DNA of 64,000 nt from the human T2T-CHM13v2.0 reference genome, Homo sapiens, in NCBI RefSeq assembly GCF_009914755.1, contig NC_060935.1; one strand, written 5' to 3'. Below, piece by piece: positions 13,493 to 34,056 of this stretch (position 1 is its first letter; the number at the start of each line of letters is the position of its first letter). A program made the position numbers and the translations under genes. The notes beneath the pieces were generated by a model. It was not told the origin of the DNA. It worked only from the letters and a program-made list of their open reading frames with translations, and made no database searches.

Positions 13493-15993
13493 CTCTATGT
13501 CAGCATTGGTCTTTCCCACTCACACAATAAGCTGTATGGTCCTTGAGGGCTGGAGCATGACTTATTAGAAGATTTATAGAAATAGTATCCTGTGAAGTAC
13601 ATTATTATTATATCCATTTTTAAGGAATGGAAACTGAGGCTTACAGAAGTCAAATGATACTTGTTGCTTCCTGGTGCTCTTTCTACTATAAGCTATGGAT
13701 TTTTCTTCTTCTTCGCTATTCTCCCTAACATCCACCATTATGATAAACATAAGATTTCAGGTTCAGAAAATTCCTGAAAATCATAGATTCTTGAAATAAG
13801 TTGGAAGTAACCTTAGAAGTAACATTGCCATACCTTGTCACTTAAAATTGAAGACATTATGGACTAGAAGTTTAAGGACCCTGCTTGAGCTCACAGAGCT
13901 AGTTTGTGAATGATACAATGAAACTAGTGTTCATATCTCTGACTCTGCACCTTGGTGCCTACCATCTCATTTTTACTCCTGCTGATGCTTCGTATTTCCC
14001 GTTAAAAAGGTAGTTTTTTAGAATAGCCTGATTTTCAAACCCATTCTGACACAGAGTGAAATAAGCACTTTGGGTGGAAAACAGTTTTAAAATATACCTG
14101 GGTGGAAAATTACCTTCAATGAACTGTACTTAGAGTCACTGTATGGTTTCTAGTTATTCCACAAATGCAAAAAGAGAGGGGCCTCCCTTATATAAGTATG
14201 TCCTATTCTGAGCTTCCTTGTTAGCCCATCTGTTTGATGAGCTCAGCCACCTGGATTCTTTCTGGCCTTTTCACTTTTCATCAGAATGTCTTCCAGCCTT
14301 AAACATGTGGTGAGTCTTTGGCCTCTTGCTAGCATGTAGAAAATTGTGGTAATGACTATTTTTTTGGAGAACAGACAGTGCTGTCATTTGTGCTCACCTT
14401 TGAATCTGACCTGTCAGCATCACATATGCATCAAAGAGGGTAAATTGCCTGTTATAACAAAGGCTGCTCCAGCTGGCTCTACAAAACCAAGTGTCAGACC
14501 CAGTCTTCAAAAATGTTAAAGGAATTGTCCTTCAAATCAGAGCCTGATTCTTAGCCTGTAAGAACTCTTTCATTCCAAATTTGTTTCTCCATCTTCCTTG
14601 CTTTTCCTTAATGCGTTTTGAAAGCATGCAATCAACTTGAAAGGTCAAAGTGCTCAAATTCAAGACAGAAATGAGAGCTGTTGCTCTCTCATTTGCTTCG
14701 TACTTGTGAAATTTCCTATACAAGTCTCTTATTTGCTTTGGTGTTCCTCCACAGCCAGCAAAACTCTTTCTAGGTTTACAACGAGTAGTTTGACTCCCCA
14801 CTGCTTCCCTTTAACCAAAAGTGGAAACAATTAATATTATTCTAATTGGATAAAATTTTTAAAGGGGGGAGAATATCTTCATGAGTAAACAAGGAAGAAG
14901 GTCATTACCACAATCAAGTCAGTACCCAGGCTTGATTGATCTGCTAGCAGTGCCATTCAACTGCTTGATGCCTTTGGTATCAGTCTTTTTAGAATAAAAC
15001 TCCATTTATCCAAGGAAGTCTCCTCCAGTTCTCCTATTCTTCTGTATAGAACATGGAGAGAAGTAGAGTTTTGCATATATTACTGAATACCTAAAAATAG
15101 TGAAAATTAAAAAGGATGTTGAAACCCTAAGGATTAGGTCCACCATTTTGGTGGGTTTGCTGCTCAAGGGGAGGAAGGAAAATTCTTCTTAGCTGGCAAG
15201 TCCATAGAATACCAGTCTTCACAAATAAAAAAGATGGAGAAGGAGAAAAAGGAGAAAGAAAAGGAAAAAAAAAAAAAGAAGCAAAGCAGTGGGCAGAAGT
15301 GGGACGACGGTGGCTGGTCTCAGGGTACTAGAGGTCATTTGTTCTAACTTAGAAGAATCCTCTGAGGCTCACTTGGCACATGTCAGTCTGACTTGACACT
15401 CAATCCAAACAGCTTGGTTATCTAGTTTCCCAGTCTTCAGGAGATTTAAAGCAACAAATTGGAGAGCATGAAAGAGGCTGTTAGAGGCAGGAACACTGAC
15501 AGTAGCCAGAAAGGACACTGCCAACTCTAAAGGCAGAAAGTGGAAATCTGTGACATGCAGGCTGAGGAATTTAAAAAGCACAGAAGTTGAAACTCAGCCA
15601 GCATTAGAAGAAAGTACAATAACTAAGGTTCCCAATGATGACCCACAGTCTTCTATAAATATTATTTCCAGTACACTTTAAGACAGAGAAAAATGTAATA
15701 TCTTAAGAAATGTTTAAAAATGAAGTATTTTGATGCATAATGAAAGCTTCTTTATTGATTTGGAGACGTCACTGTCATTTTTTTTTTTATTATACTTTAA
15801 GTTTTAGGGTACATGTGCAGAATGTGCCGGTTAGTTACATATGTATACATGTGCCTTGCTGGTGCGCTGCACCCACTAACTCGACATCGAGCATTAGATA
15901 TATCTCCCAATGCTATCCCTCCCTCCTCCCCCCACCCCACAACAGTCCCCAGAGTGTGATGTCCCCCTTCGTGTGTTCATGTGATCTCATTGT

Positions 15994-19819
<3,826 letters not shown>

Positions 19820-19883
19820 TTATGATGTTAGCTGGTTATTTTGCTCATTAGTTGATGCAGTTTCTTCCTAGTCTCGATGGTCT

Positions 19884-20895
19884 TTACATTTTTGTATGAT
19901 TTTGCAGTGGCTGGTACCGGTTGTTCCTTTCCCTATGTAGCGCTTCCTTCAGGAGCTCTTTTAGGGCAGGCCTGGTGGTGACAAAATCTCTCAGCATTTG
20001 CTTGTCTGTAAAGTATTTTATTTCTCTTTCACTTATGAAGCTTAGTTTGGCTGGATATGAAATTCTGGGTTGAAAATTCTTTTCTTTAAGAATGTTGAAT
20101 ATTGGTCCCCACTCTCTTCTGGCTTGTAGGGTTTCTGCCGAGAGATCTGCTGTTAGTCTGATGGGCTTCCCTTTGTGGGTAACTCGACCTTTCTCTCTGG
20201 CTGCCCTTAACATTTTTTCCTTCATTTCAACTTTGGTGAATCTGACAATTATGTGTCTTGGAGTTGCTCTTCTCGGGAAGTATCTTTGTGGCGTTCTCTG
20301 TATTTCCTGAATCTGAACATTGGCCTGCCTAGCTAGATTGGGGAAGTTCTCCTGGATAATATCCTGCAGCGTGTTTTCCAACTTGGTTCCATTCTCCCCA
20401 TCACTTTCAGGTACACCAATCAGATGTAGATTTGGTCTTTTCAGATAGTCCCATATTTCTTGGAGGCTTTGCTCATTTTATTCTTTTTTCTCTAAACTTC
20501 CCTTCTCGCTTCATTTCATTGATTTCGTCTTCCATTGCTGATACCCTTTCTTCCAGTTGATCGCATTGGCTCCTGAGGCTTCTGCATTCTTCACGTAGTT
20601 CTCGAGCCTTGATTTTCAGCTCCATCAGCTCCTTTAAGCACTTCTGTGTATTGGTTATTCTAGTTATACATTCTTCTAAATTTTTTTCAAAGTTTTCAAC
20701 TTGTTTGCCTTTCGTTTGAATGTCCTCCCGTAGCTCAGAGTAATTTGATCATCTGAAGCCTTCTTCTCTCAGCTCGTCAAAGTCATTCTCCATCCAGCTT
20801 TGTTCCGTTGCTGGTGAGGAACTGCGTTCCTTTGGAGGAGGAGACGTGCTCTGCTTTTTAGAGTTTCCAGTTTTTCTGTTCTGTTTTTTCCCCAT
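19884..20895 (-). pseudogene. L1 ORF1, frameshifted near 20475
   Basis: ATG at 20895; C-terminal 165 aa open (ENTLQDIIQENFPNL..). Confidence 0.92.
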
Positions 20896-21347
20896 CTTTG
20901 TGGTTTTATCTACTTTTGGTCTTTGACAATGGTGATGTACAGATGGGTTTTTGGTGTGGATGTCCTTTCTGTTTGTTAGTTTTCCTTCTAACAGACAGGA
21001 CCCTCAGCTGCAGGTCTGTTGGAATACCCTGCTGTATGAGGTGTCAGTGTGCCCCTGCTGGGGGGTGCCTCCCAGTTAGGCTGCTCGGGGGTCAGAGGTC
21101 AGAGACCCACTTGAGGCAGTCTGCCTGTTCTCACATCTCCAGCTGTGTGCTGGGAGAACCACTGCTCTCTTCAAAGCTGTCAGACAGGGACATTTAAGTC
21201 TGCAGAGGTTACTGCTGTCTTTTTGTTTGTCTGTGCCCTGCCCCCAGAGGTGGAGCCTACAGAGGCAGGCAGGCCTCCTTGAGCTGTGGTGGGCTCCACC
21301 CAGTTCCAGCTACCCGGCTGCTTTGTTTACCTAAGCAAGCCTGGGCA

Positions 21348-21530
21348 ATGGCGGGCGCCCCTCCCCCAGCCTCGCTGCCGCCTTGCAGTTTGATCTCAGA
21401 CTGCTGTGCTAGCAATCAGCGAGACTCCGTGGGCGTAGGACCCTCCGAGCTAGCTGCGGGATATAATCTCGTGGTGCACCGTTTTTTAAGGCCATCAGAA
21501 AAGCGCAGTATTTGGGTGGGAGTGACCTGA
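21348..21530 (+). pseudogene. L1 antisense ORF0, truncated at 60 aa
   Basis: MAGAPPPASLPPCSLISDCCASNQRDSVGVGP..VGVT then CGA>TGA. Confidence 0.85.
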
Positions 21531-22615
21531 TTTTCCAGGTGCTGTCTGTCACCCCTTTCTTTGACCTGGAAAGGGAACTCCCTGACCACTTGTGCTTCCC
21601 AAGTGAGGCAATGCCTCGCCCTGCTTCGGCTTGTGCACCGTGTGCTGCACCCACTGACCTGTGCCTACTGTCTGGCACTCTCTAGTGAGATGAACCCGGT
21701 ACCTCAGATGGAAATGCAGAAATCACCCGTCTTCTGTGTCGCTCACGCTGGGAGCTGTAGACCGGAGCCTCATGCTGGGAGCTGTAGACCTGAGCTGTTC
21801 CTATTCGGCCATCTTGGCTCCTCCCGCTGTCATTTTTCCTTCCTGACATTTTATTTCTATATTTAACACATATTTTTTGAGCTCATAGTCTGTGCCAGGT
21901 GGTAAGCAAGTGAATGTGTAGAGAGACATTGTAATTCAAGTGAGCGATGGTAGTAATTTGTACTAGATCATGGGTAAGACTGAAAGAACTGAACAGATTT
22001 TAAGGATACCATACAAGGAAAATGTGTGATTGATTTTGTATGGGGAATAAGGGTGGGAGAGAGCCTAAGGATGACTCCTAGGTTTCAGTTCTGCCCAAGG
22101 AGGAACTCTTGGAAGACCAAGTTTGGAGATTCGAGCCTCTTGAGTTTGAGAGGTCTTTGAGACACCCTTCTCAGCCCTCAGGTCTCAGATCATTTGTCAC
22201 CAGTTTGTCTTCTTTTCATTTTCAGACTTTAAGTATAACAATTTATATATATATACATATATATATTATTAAAAAATAATCTCAACTTTTAGATTCAGAG
22301 AGCAGTGACCACTTCTTGAATTCTTTCTCTAAGTGCTCATCATCCTTGTTTTGGCCCAAATGTTGCCAAGTCCCTAGACCCTTATCTCTATTTTTTACAT
22401 GATGTGAGGCATATTAGACTTTTTTCTGCACAAAGTGGAGGCTTAGCAATTATGCCATGAATGCATAATGAGGAACAAATAACTCCTGGTGAGCTCTTCT
22501 AGTGATGTTTCAGAGGTGAGGTTCTGATAACCCCTCTTGAAATGGCCTTAGGATTTGAACATCAGGTCTATCAAATCAACTCTAACAGTCTTGATTCAAA
22601 TTCACAGGCAGGGCT

Positions 22616-23052
22616 GTATCATCCGGGGTCCAAACGGGAGAGGAACACATTTAAATCAGGGTTTAAATAGGCACTATTTACAAAGATGTGGGAGAATGTA
22701 GGAAAACACAAGGGACAGTGCAGTGAAGCAGCAAACAGCAGTAGAGCTGTTTCCTCTCTCAGCTCTGAAGGGTGGTGGAGAGTCTAGCAGAGATGCTCGC
22801 CTTGAGGGGAATCCTGATCTTTGTTGGTGGGAATAACTGGCCTGAGGTGACCTTACAGCAAGGGAGCCAGGTGCCCTGCCTCACTCTTTCTTCTCCCTCT
22901 TCTCCCTCTGCTTCCCTACTGGGGCTCCCCACTTAGCTAAATCCAACAGGAAGCCAGAGGGACTTCTTGATGTAATCCCTACACATTGGCCTTCAGGGTG
23001 GAGAAGGCTGGAGAGTGACTTAGAGGTGAAATGGAGGATGTCTAGTTCAGCA
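22616..23052. mobile_element. Ancient ERVL LTR (LTR33-like)
   Basis: ccccacttagctaaatccaacaggaagccagagggac..gggtggagaagg motif; recognition only. Confidence 0.5.
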
Positions 23053-23983
23053 CAAAAGATAACATTTAGGCTTGACCTGAAGGACTGAATATAGCGTTGC
23101 CCAGTGAGTCCAGACAAGAAATAGAGTTTAATAAGCTTATATTAATAGACAATACTAGGGAGTTTTGATGAATAATTCCTAGATGAGAGACAACAAGTTG
23201 TTAAGGATAGAGCACTAGAGAAAGAAATTTTTTTTTGGTCATTCGGTGGCTACGGACTGCAATCTGTTTTCACAGCAAATGGGAATATTATTTTCTTACT
23301 TCATATGGCTGGGGAAAGGATCAAAGTAGAAAATATGCATAAAATTCTCTTCTAAGTTGTAAAGCATTAGGTACAATTCATTATGTAAAGCAGAAAAGAC
23401 ACTGGAAGTGCCAGTTACTAGCTGATCATGCCGACTAATTTTCTTTGCCCCAGTTTGCTTATCAGCAAAATAAGATGATAATACATATATCATGAAGCTT
23501 TTTATGAAGATTAAGTAATATACATATAACACAAACTCTAACACATAATACTCACACAATAATAGATTATTATTTTGTACCCATTTCTCTTTTTCGCCAC
23601 TTCTGTCACTAAGTTCCCTGAATGTAACTGTAATATACACATCTCTGTATTTCCCCTAGAAACTATTGTAAGGCTCCCTCCACCCCATCATGGCCTTTAG
23701 AAAAAAAGTGACCTTATTTGGTACTTACAAAATGTTGGGACCTAGGGAACACTTGGATTGCACTTGTAAGCACCATAGACATCGTGGAAATATTTTATAG
23801 AAAACTTCTAGGACCTCCTATTGCTCAAGTCAACTGGGGCAAGACCATTAAGGTTTGAGATATTCCTATAAATGTCATCATGTCTGTAATTTATGAGTTA
23901 TATAGCTAAGGGTAAGAATTCTTCATGCTAAGTAGATAACAAGGTAGCAGAGGAGTTTGGCAGGGGTAAAGAGGAGAGAGATC

Positions 23984-25019
23984 TGCATTTCTCTGATAGT
24001 CAGCGATGGTGAGCATTTTTTCATGTGTGTTTTGGCTGCATAAATGTCTTCTTTTGAGAAGTGTCTGTTCATGTCCTTCACCCACTTTTTGATAGGGTTG
24101 TTTGTTTTTTTCTTGTAAATTTGTTTGTGTTCATTGTAGATTCTGGATATTAGTCCTGTGTCAGATGAGTAGGTTGCGAAAATTTTCTCCCATTTTGTAG
24201 GTTGCCTGTTCACTCTGATGATAGTTTCTTTTACTGTGCAGAAGCTCTTTAGTTTAGTTAGATTCCATTACCATCTCACACCAGTTAGAATGGCAATCAT
24301 TAAAAAGTCAGGAAACAACAGATGCTGGAGAGGATGTGGAGAAATAGGAACACTTTTACACTGTTGGTGGGACTGTAAACTAGTTCAACCATTGTGGAAG
24401 TCAGTGTAGCGATTCCTCAGGGATCGCTAGAAATACCCTAGAAATACCCTAGAAATACCATTTGACCCAGCCATCCCATTAGTGGGTATATACCCAAAGG
24501 GCTATAAATCATGCTGCTATAAAAACACATGCACACGTATGTTTATTGCGGCACTATTCACGATAGCAAAGACTTGGAACCAACCCAAATGTCCAACAAT
24601 GATAGACTGGATTAAGAAAATGTGGCACACATACACCATGGAATACTATGCAGCCATAAAAAATGATGAGTTCATGTCCTTTGTAGGGACATGGATGAAA
24701 TTGGAAATCATCATTCTCAGTAAACTATCGCAAGAACAAAAAACCAAACACCGCATATTCTCACTCATAGGTGGGAATTGAACAATGAGAACACATGGAC
24801 ACAGGAAGGGGAACATCACACTCTGGGGACTGTTGTGGGGTTGGGGGAGAGGGGAGGGATAGCATTAGGAGATATACCTAATGCTAAATGACGAGTTAAT
24901 GGGTGCAGCACACCAGTATGGCACATGTATACATATGTAACTAACCTGCACATTGTGCACATGTACCCTAAAGCTTAAAGTATAATAAAATAAAATAAAA
25001 TGAAATAAAATAAAATAAA
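23984..25019 (+). mobile_element. 5'-inverted (twin-primed) truncated L1PA3/4
   Basis: Antisense segment 23984-~24268, sense segment ~24269-25019 with (taaaa)n tail; perfect 16-bp TSD aaagaggagagagatc 23968-23983 / 25020-25035. Confidence 0.95.
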
Positions 25020-25103
25020 AAAGAGGAGAGAGATCACATGGATTTTTCTCACTGAAATTGAAAAAGGCAAGTAATACATTTCTAAGAAATAATGAAGCAG
25101 AAC

Positions 25104-25514
25104 CAGAACCTGGACCACATGAGGTGAGTAAGGAATTTATTTAAGGTGCAAAATTTAATGTGCCAAAAAACTAAGTAAAAAATATAAATAATATTTAATG
25201 CAATATTTTAAAGAATGAAATCAACACATTATGACCCAGTGGCTAGCTCCTGTGTTTGTAAGTAAAATTCTTCTGTAAACGGGGCCGGGATTAGGATGAG
25301 ACAAGTGAGCCAGGGTTATAAAGTACAGGGCAGATTCTGCCTTTATTTAAAATTTTGATATTTTTGTCCATCATATAGCTGTTTGCATTAATTTTAATAA
25401 TTTTTAAAGTATTATATTAAAGTATTATTTATCTTGATTGCTGAGTTTTTGGTGGGCCTTAAATTTTGTACCCGTGTTGAGTGCCTCCAATGCTTCACCC
25501 TAGTTCTGGTCCAG
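25104..25514. mobile_element. MER96B-like hAT MITE
   Basis: Long imperfect inverted arms (gtgcaaaattta / taaattttgtac); perfect 8-bp TSD agcagaac 25096-25103 / 25515-25522. Confidence 0.8.
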
Positions 25515-26823
25515 AGCAGAACAGAACTGTCCTTTATTGAGTGTCTTTTATATGCCAGGAATTTAACATGCACTATCTTATTTAGTCCTCTCTATACCCC
25601 GTGAGATAACTATTGCTATCTTAATTCTCTACATGAGAAAACAAGCCATGAGACTTCTCATGTGAGTTGCTTGCCAAAGGCCTCACAGCTAAAATGGCAC
25701 GTCTGTCTCCAAAGCTCATTCTCTCCCCACTCCTAAAGCATGATTGCCTCTAACTGCTTCTCTTACATTGAAGCCACTCACACCCAAGCCTGGGTCTCTG
25801 CATAGGTGGTATCTGTAACTGACAACTTTCACTCTTTTCCATGTGTGCCTTTGCCAGACATTACCACATGGCCAGAGAAGACTTTATATGCTTTACACTG
25901 CTTCCTACTTTTCAGCAGCTAGAAGGAAAATACCAGATCCTTATAGCTGCAATATCCTGCCTGCCAAAGGGGGAAAAGCGAGGCAGCTGTTCCTGCAAGT
26001 ACATGCTGTGCCTGTTATCCAAATGGGCATCAGCAGGCTGTGTGCTGGAGCTCAACAGGAATGTGGGTTTTATGGTTTGAAAGCTGATTAGACTCTGAGG
26101 AGGCCTATCTTATAGTTGGTCCATTTAACTTTTTCAGAGTTCAACGGTGCTTCAGTGCCCACGTTAGTCCCACTGGTTAGAATACGGCTGAAGGATCTGC
26201 CTTTGCCCAAGGATATACCAAACTCCCTGCAGTGGCAATAGTAAGAAAAGCATGGATGGCTTCCAGTTTAAAATTTATTTTATTATCCCCTTAAAAAAAG
26301 GCACTGGAAAAACAAAGTGTCTGAGAGAGTTAGAGACATCTTATGGCAAGAATATAGGAGCACTTTTAATTTTTACTACTTTTGAGATTGATAAACTGAT
26401 TAATAATTGTCATAATTATGTGTCACCTTATAAAACAGAACAGTGCCAGTGATTTGAAAGAGGTGGAATCCAAGCTTATTTTCTGTTTCACTGTAGATCA
26501 GAGACCCAGGTCTCTATGAACCATAAAATTATGTTCTGCCCTTCTTCTGTATCTTCTATATGGGTGCTATTTTGAGATGGTACAAAGAATGTCCCCTTCT
26601 GCTCTCATTTTTTGATCACTCTTTCTAAACTAACAATATTCAAAAAACATTATCTTAGAAAATAAGAACAGACTGATGCTGAAAGCAGTGTACACATTAG
26701 GTATCCAGTAAATATTTACTGAATGAATGAATAAATGATTCCAAGAGAGGTTGTTAGCCCTGCAGTAAAGCCCAGCAGATGGAGGCAGGGACTGGCAGAA
26801 CACTCATGGTAACACAAGTTGAA

Positions 26824-26895
26824 TGTGTATATACATATATATATATATATGAATATGTACATATATATACATATATATACATATATATATATGTA
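26824..26895. repeat. (TA)n-rich microsatellite
   Basis: Visible directly. Confidence 0.9.
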
Positions 26896-26999
26896 TTCCA
26901 AGTTATGGGTATAGAAGGAATGCAGATTTGATCCCATCTTAGTTCAGCAGAAGACTAGAATTAAGCAGACCAGAAACAAGAATTGTGATTGGATCTGTG

Positions 27000-30090
<3,091 letters not shown>

Positions 30091-30104
30091 TTCACTCTTT
30101 GATG

Positions 30105-31105
30105 ATTTATTAAGCAAATATTTATTGAGCAACTACTGTTTACCAGGTACTTTTTAGCTTCTGGGGATATACCAGTGAAAATAACAGATAAACACTCTGT
30201 CTTAAATTGAAACCTAAATTGGAATGAGATGACATTGAATACAAAAGAAAAATCAGTAAAATATTTAGCATGTTTATATTTTAAGTGTAACAGTAAAAGT
30301 AAAACATGAAAGGTGAAATTGGGAATGTCTGGACACTGCAGTTATAGATTTGGTGGCTGAGGAAAACCTCATTGAAAGCTTTATTGGAGTAAAATTTACA
30401 GGAGGTGAGGGAGTGAGCCTTTTGGGCATCTGTAGAAAATGCATTTGAGGCAGAAGGAATAAAATATGTGAAAACTGGAGCTGAGCAAGCTGGGGTGAGA
30501 GCAGAATGAAATGACATCAGAAAAGTAATGGAGATAGGGAACAGATCATGTGTGGACTCGTAGACCATTGGAATGATTTTGACTCCTACTTCCAGTTAAA
30601 TAGACCACTGCAGAAGGCTGAGATAGGATAACTCTGACAGCTGTGTGGAGATTAGACTAATACGGGCATGGGCAAAAACAGGGCAACTCATAGGGACTTT
30701 TGCAGAGATCCAAGCATTGTATGACATGGACTTGGACCAGGTGGTAGCAATGGTGATGGTGAGAAGCCATTAGTTTTGAGATATATTTTGAACAGAAAGC
30801 CAAAAAGAATTTCTGACGGATGGGGTATGGGGTAGGAGAAGAGACATTGATAATGATTGTAAAGTTTGTACAACTAGAGGGCTGGAATTAATTGCTGTTT
30901 TCTAAGATGAGGAAAGAAATGGGTGCAGCTTGTTTAGGGGATAATATCCAGAACTCCGTTTTGGAAACCTTAGGTATGCTATAGTTATTAGACCTCAAGA
31001 AGAGACATGTGTAGTTGATCATACACATCTGGAGTTCAGAAGAGAGGTCTGGGTTAGAGGTTAAAAATATTGAATTTTCAGCATATTGGTGTCACTTAAA
31101 CAATG
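30105..31105 (-). mobile_element. L2 fragment
   Basis: aaatatttattgagcaactactg; tctggagttcagaagagaggtctggg. Confidence 0.75.
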
Positions 31106-31479
31106 ACATGATATAGTCAAAGTAGGATGAAACTTTAGAGAAATATTCATTTCAATTCTGGTTTTACAGAGACAAAATAAGCATGTCCTCACAACTTTAT
31201 TAGTAGGATTTTGGAAGTAGTCTCAAAAGACATTAAAGGTGTAACTATCGGTTAGCAATAAAAAATTGTAAACAATACTATTTGTTTCTGTCACAGCCTA
31301 TACTCTTGGACTCTTTTTTTTAAACCTCTCTGTCTCTTCAATCTCCTTTGAGACTCATCTCATCGGTCTATTGAATATATATACAAGGGTTTCTCAGGAT
31401 TATCTTTCAATTTTCTTTGTTTTCAGAGATGTATAGTAGGGTTGCATTGAGGTGGTGGAGTCATCACTACTGTTTCCAC

Positions 31480-31690
31480 ACAAGGAACTATGAGCTTTAA
31501 AATTAGGCAGGTCCAGGTCAAAAGTCCGACTCTGCAATTTGTCAGTTTTGAGCTCAGTTATTCTCTTAGCCCTGTGTTCCTGATCTGAACCATAATATAT
31601 CTGTAGTGGCAGTAATGCTATATATCTCTCAGGGGTGTTTTGAAGATTAAACGAGACAGTGTATGGAAAGTAAATGGGTAGGCTCTGGGT
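31480..31690 (+). mobile_element. MIR fragment
   Basis: ctcaggggtgttttgaagattaaacgagacagtgtatggaaag. Confidence 0.6.
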
Positions 31691-34056
31691 GAAAGATCTG
31701 TACATGTTTATTAAGTAAGGGTATAAATGACAAATTGTCCTAAACTTGAAGGAGATAGTCCTGTTGATATATACTTACATGTTCACTGGATGATAACAGA
31801 GTATATTACTCAAGATGTAATACGGAAAATCTCCAACCTGTGTTCTCTATTTAAAATACAGTCTTTTTTCTTTCTCCTAGAGCATCTGCCTTCCTTTTTT
31901 GAATTTTAGAGCTTACATTCTTAGTGAGGATTTCCTAGACATCTCTCTCTGCTGGGACATAGTCAAAGCCTGAAAACAAAAGAAGAAATCTCTGGAGAGA
32001 AAAGGAGCTGTCGAGCCTGCTGCCTGAGGGAAACCTTGCCTTTTTCTTGACATGTTATGGTTAACAATGCCTGTGAGTCTCATTTCATATTGTGAGTCTC
32101 CTGAGCAGTAGCAGTTTCTCCCAATGTTTCAGGATTTAAATTGGGCTGTCTGTACCACATGGTTTATAGATGAGTCCGTGGTTTATAACACAAAGGCATA
32201 ATTGGAAACAGAACAATTTGAATCTTATTGGTTGGCTTTTTGCCCAGGCTCTGATAGTGTTGAGAATGAAGGGAGGTAGCAAAATCTCACTGGAAATAGA
32301 GGCTGCACATTCATTTATTCGTTCAACAAACACCATCTGGCCAAGAGCAGGTTACCAAACTATTACTCTCAATACAGCTTGTGGCTTCAAGGGCTTTAGA
32401 AGACAGATTTCCTTTGGCACATTCAACCTGAGGCTTATGGTTGGGGATAGCAGAAGTATTTGCTATTCTCTGGTTGCTGTCCCATTCCTGCCTGAGCGCT
32501 GACAATGGCATAGTTGGTGCTTGCCCCTTGCCCTCATTCCTGTAACTCTAAGTAGAGACATTAGGAAGTTCATCAGTATATAATATGCTTGCTATTCAGC
32601 CCAAATTACACATTGCATAGTGATGTCTCTTAATACTCATTCCACGTGCTAATATTAGTGACTTGGATTTGGAGCAGCAATGAATTTGCGGTGATGAATT
32701 CGAAGTAGTGACGAAGAAAAATGGGCACTTAGCTTCATGTGTATGAATCTGTGTGCATAATTTTGCTTGTTTCTTTCTTTTTAGATTTCACATATGAATG
32801 TCTGTGTAATCTCAAGTAGACAGATGCTTTTCATGAACCTGAGTCATTTCCTTAAAATTTTTGGTACTTCCTATAGTTACCTACTGTGTTTGAGTATCTT
32901 CAGCTGCATGCTTCATACATGGTATATGCAGAAATACCAATTTAATGAACATCGTCAATGTTTAAGATCAAATATTGATTAAATAAGAAAAGAGAGAAGG
33001 GAAAGAGAAGGAAATAAGATGTGTATAGGGAATTAGGTGGATAGGGTGGGAGGAAGTGATGGCAGAAACTCTCAAGTAGTCTGTGAGTGGGTAGAGAAGG
33101 AGATTGATTCTCCTAGTGTTTCTCAGTCATATCTCAGACTGCTAAGGTTATGAAACTCAGTACTATGGAAGAGAAGTATATTTCTCAAGGAGCTGAGATT
33201 CGTATACACCTATCATTTCTGCTCAAAGTTTAGGATTCTAAGATTCTTAGATATTAAGAGGCCGCGTTACATAATATTAAGATGAGACTTTCAAGAGGAC
33301 ATTTTCCCCATTAATGTTCCAATAATGGCGTTCTGAGCATCTAAAAAGATCTACAGCCCCTGTGGAGTTTTGAGCATCTGGAATGGTCTGTATCCCCTCA
33401 TGCATAAATGATGTTCAGTAGTTCTTTTTGGATGGGTGGTCAGGGGTTCTGAAGGGGTTGTGGTAGACGTTAAAATGCTTTAAAACAACTTTAAGTGTTA
33501 CATTGAATCAGGTGACTTAGGTAGTTACCAGTACTTAATGATAGCCCACCACTATTTGCTGAACACCCATCACTGTGTGCCAAACACTACCTATCACACA
33601 AGTGTTCCATGTAAGTGCTACAGCAACCTGATCAGTTAAGACAGTTTCTAGATGAAGAATATGAGGTTTAGTAAAGTTAAGTGTCCATTGTCAGAAATGC
33701 AGTAAATTATAGAGCTAGGAAGACTCTATCTTCTACATTGTGCCATCTCTTATATTTCCTTAGCCTGGGAATCACATCAAGCTGCCTCTGTGCTTGTTAA
33801 TGAACCAGAATGGACTGTTGGTTAGGGGCAGATTTAAAGACATTTCCATGCACACTTCCATCGTCATTCTGCTGCATTAAACTAGCTATCATTGATGTAC
33901 TAGACAGTGTGCTAAGGACTTAATATGAATTATTGCATTTTATCCTTATAAGTGCTACTTCTACATTCATTATATGGGGAAGAAAAACCTCCAACTTTAT
34001 GCTGAGAGGGAAGTAAAATTTGATTTTTAATTATAGCTAAAAAGTGAACAAAAACC

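Noticed and set aside
14920-15050. Possible minus-strand exon with AG/GT boundaries
   Set aside because: Stops in all three frames; no further support
32685-32760. C-box-like GTGATGA with several CpGs, possible snoRNA
   Set aside because: No matching terminal D box (CTGA) or closing stem seen
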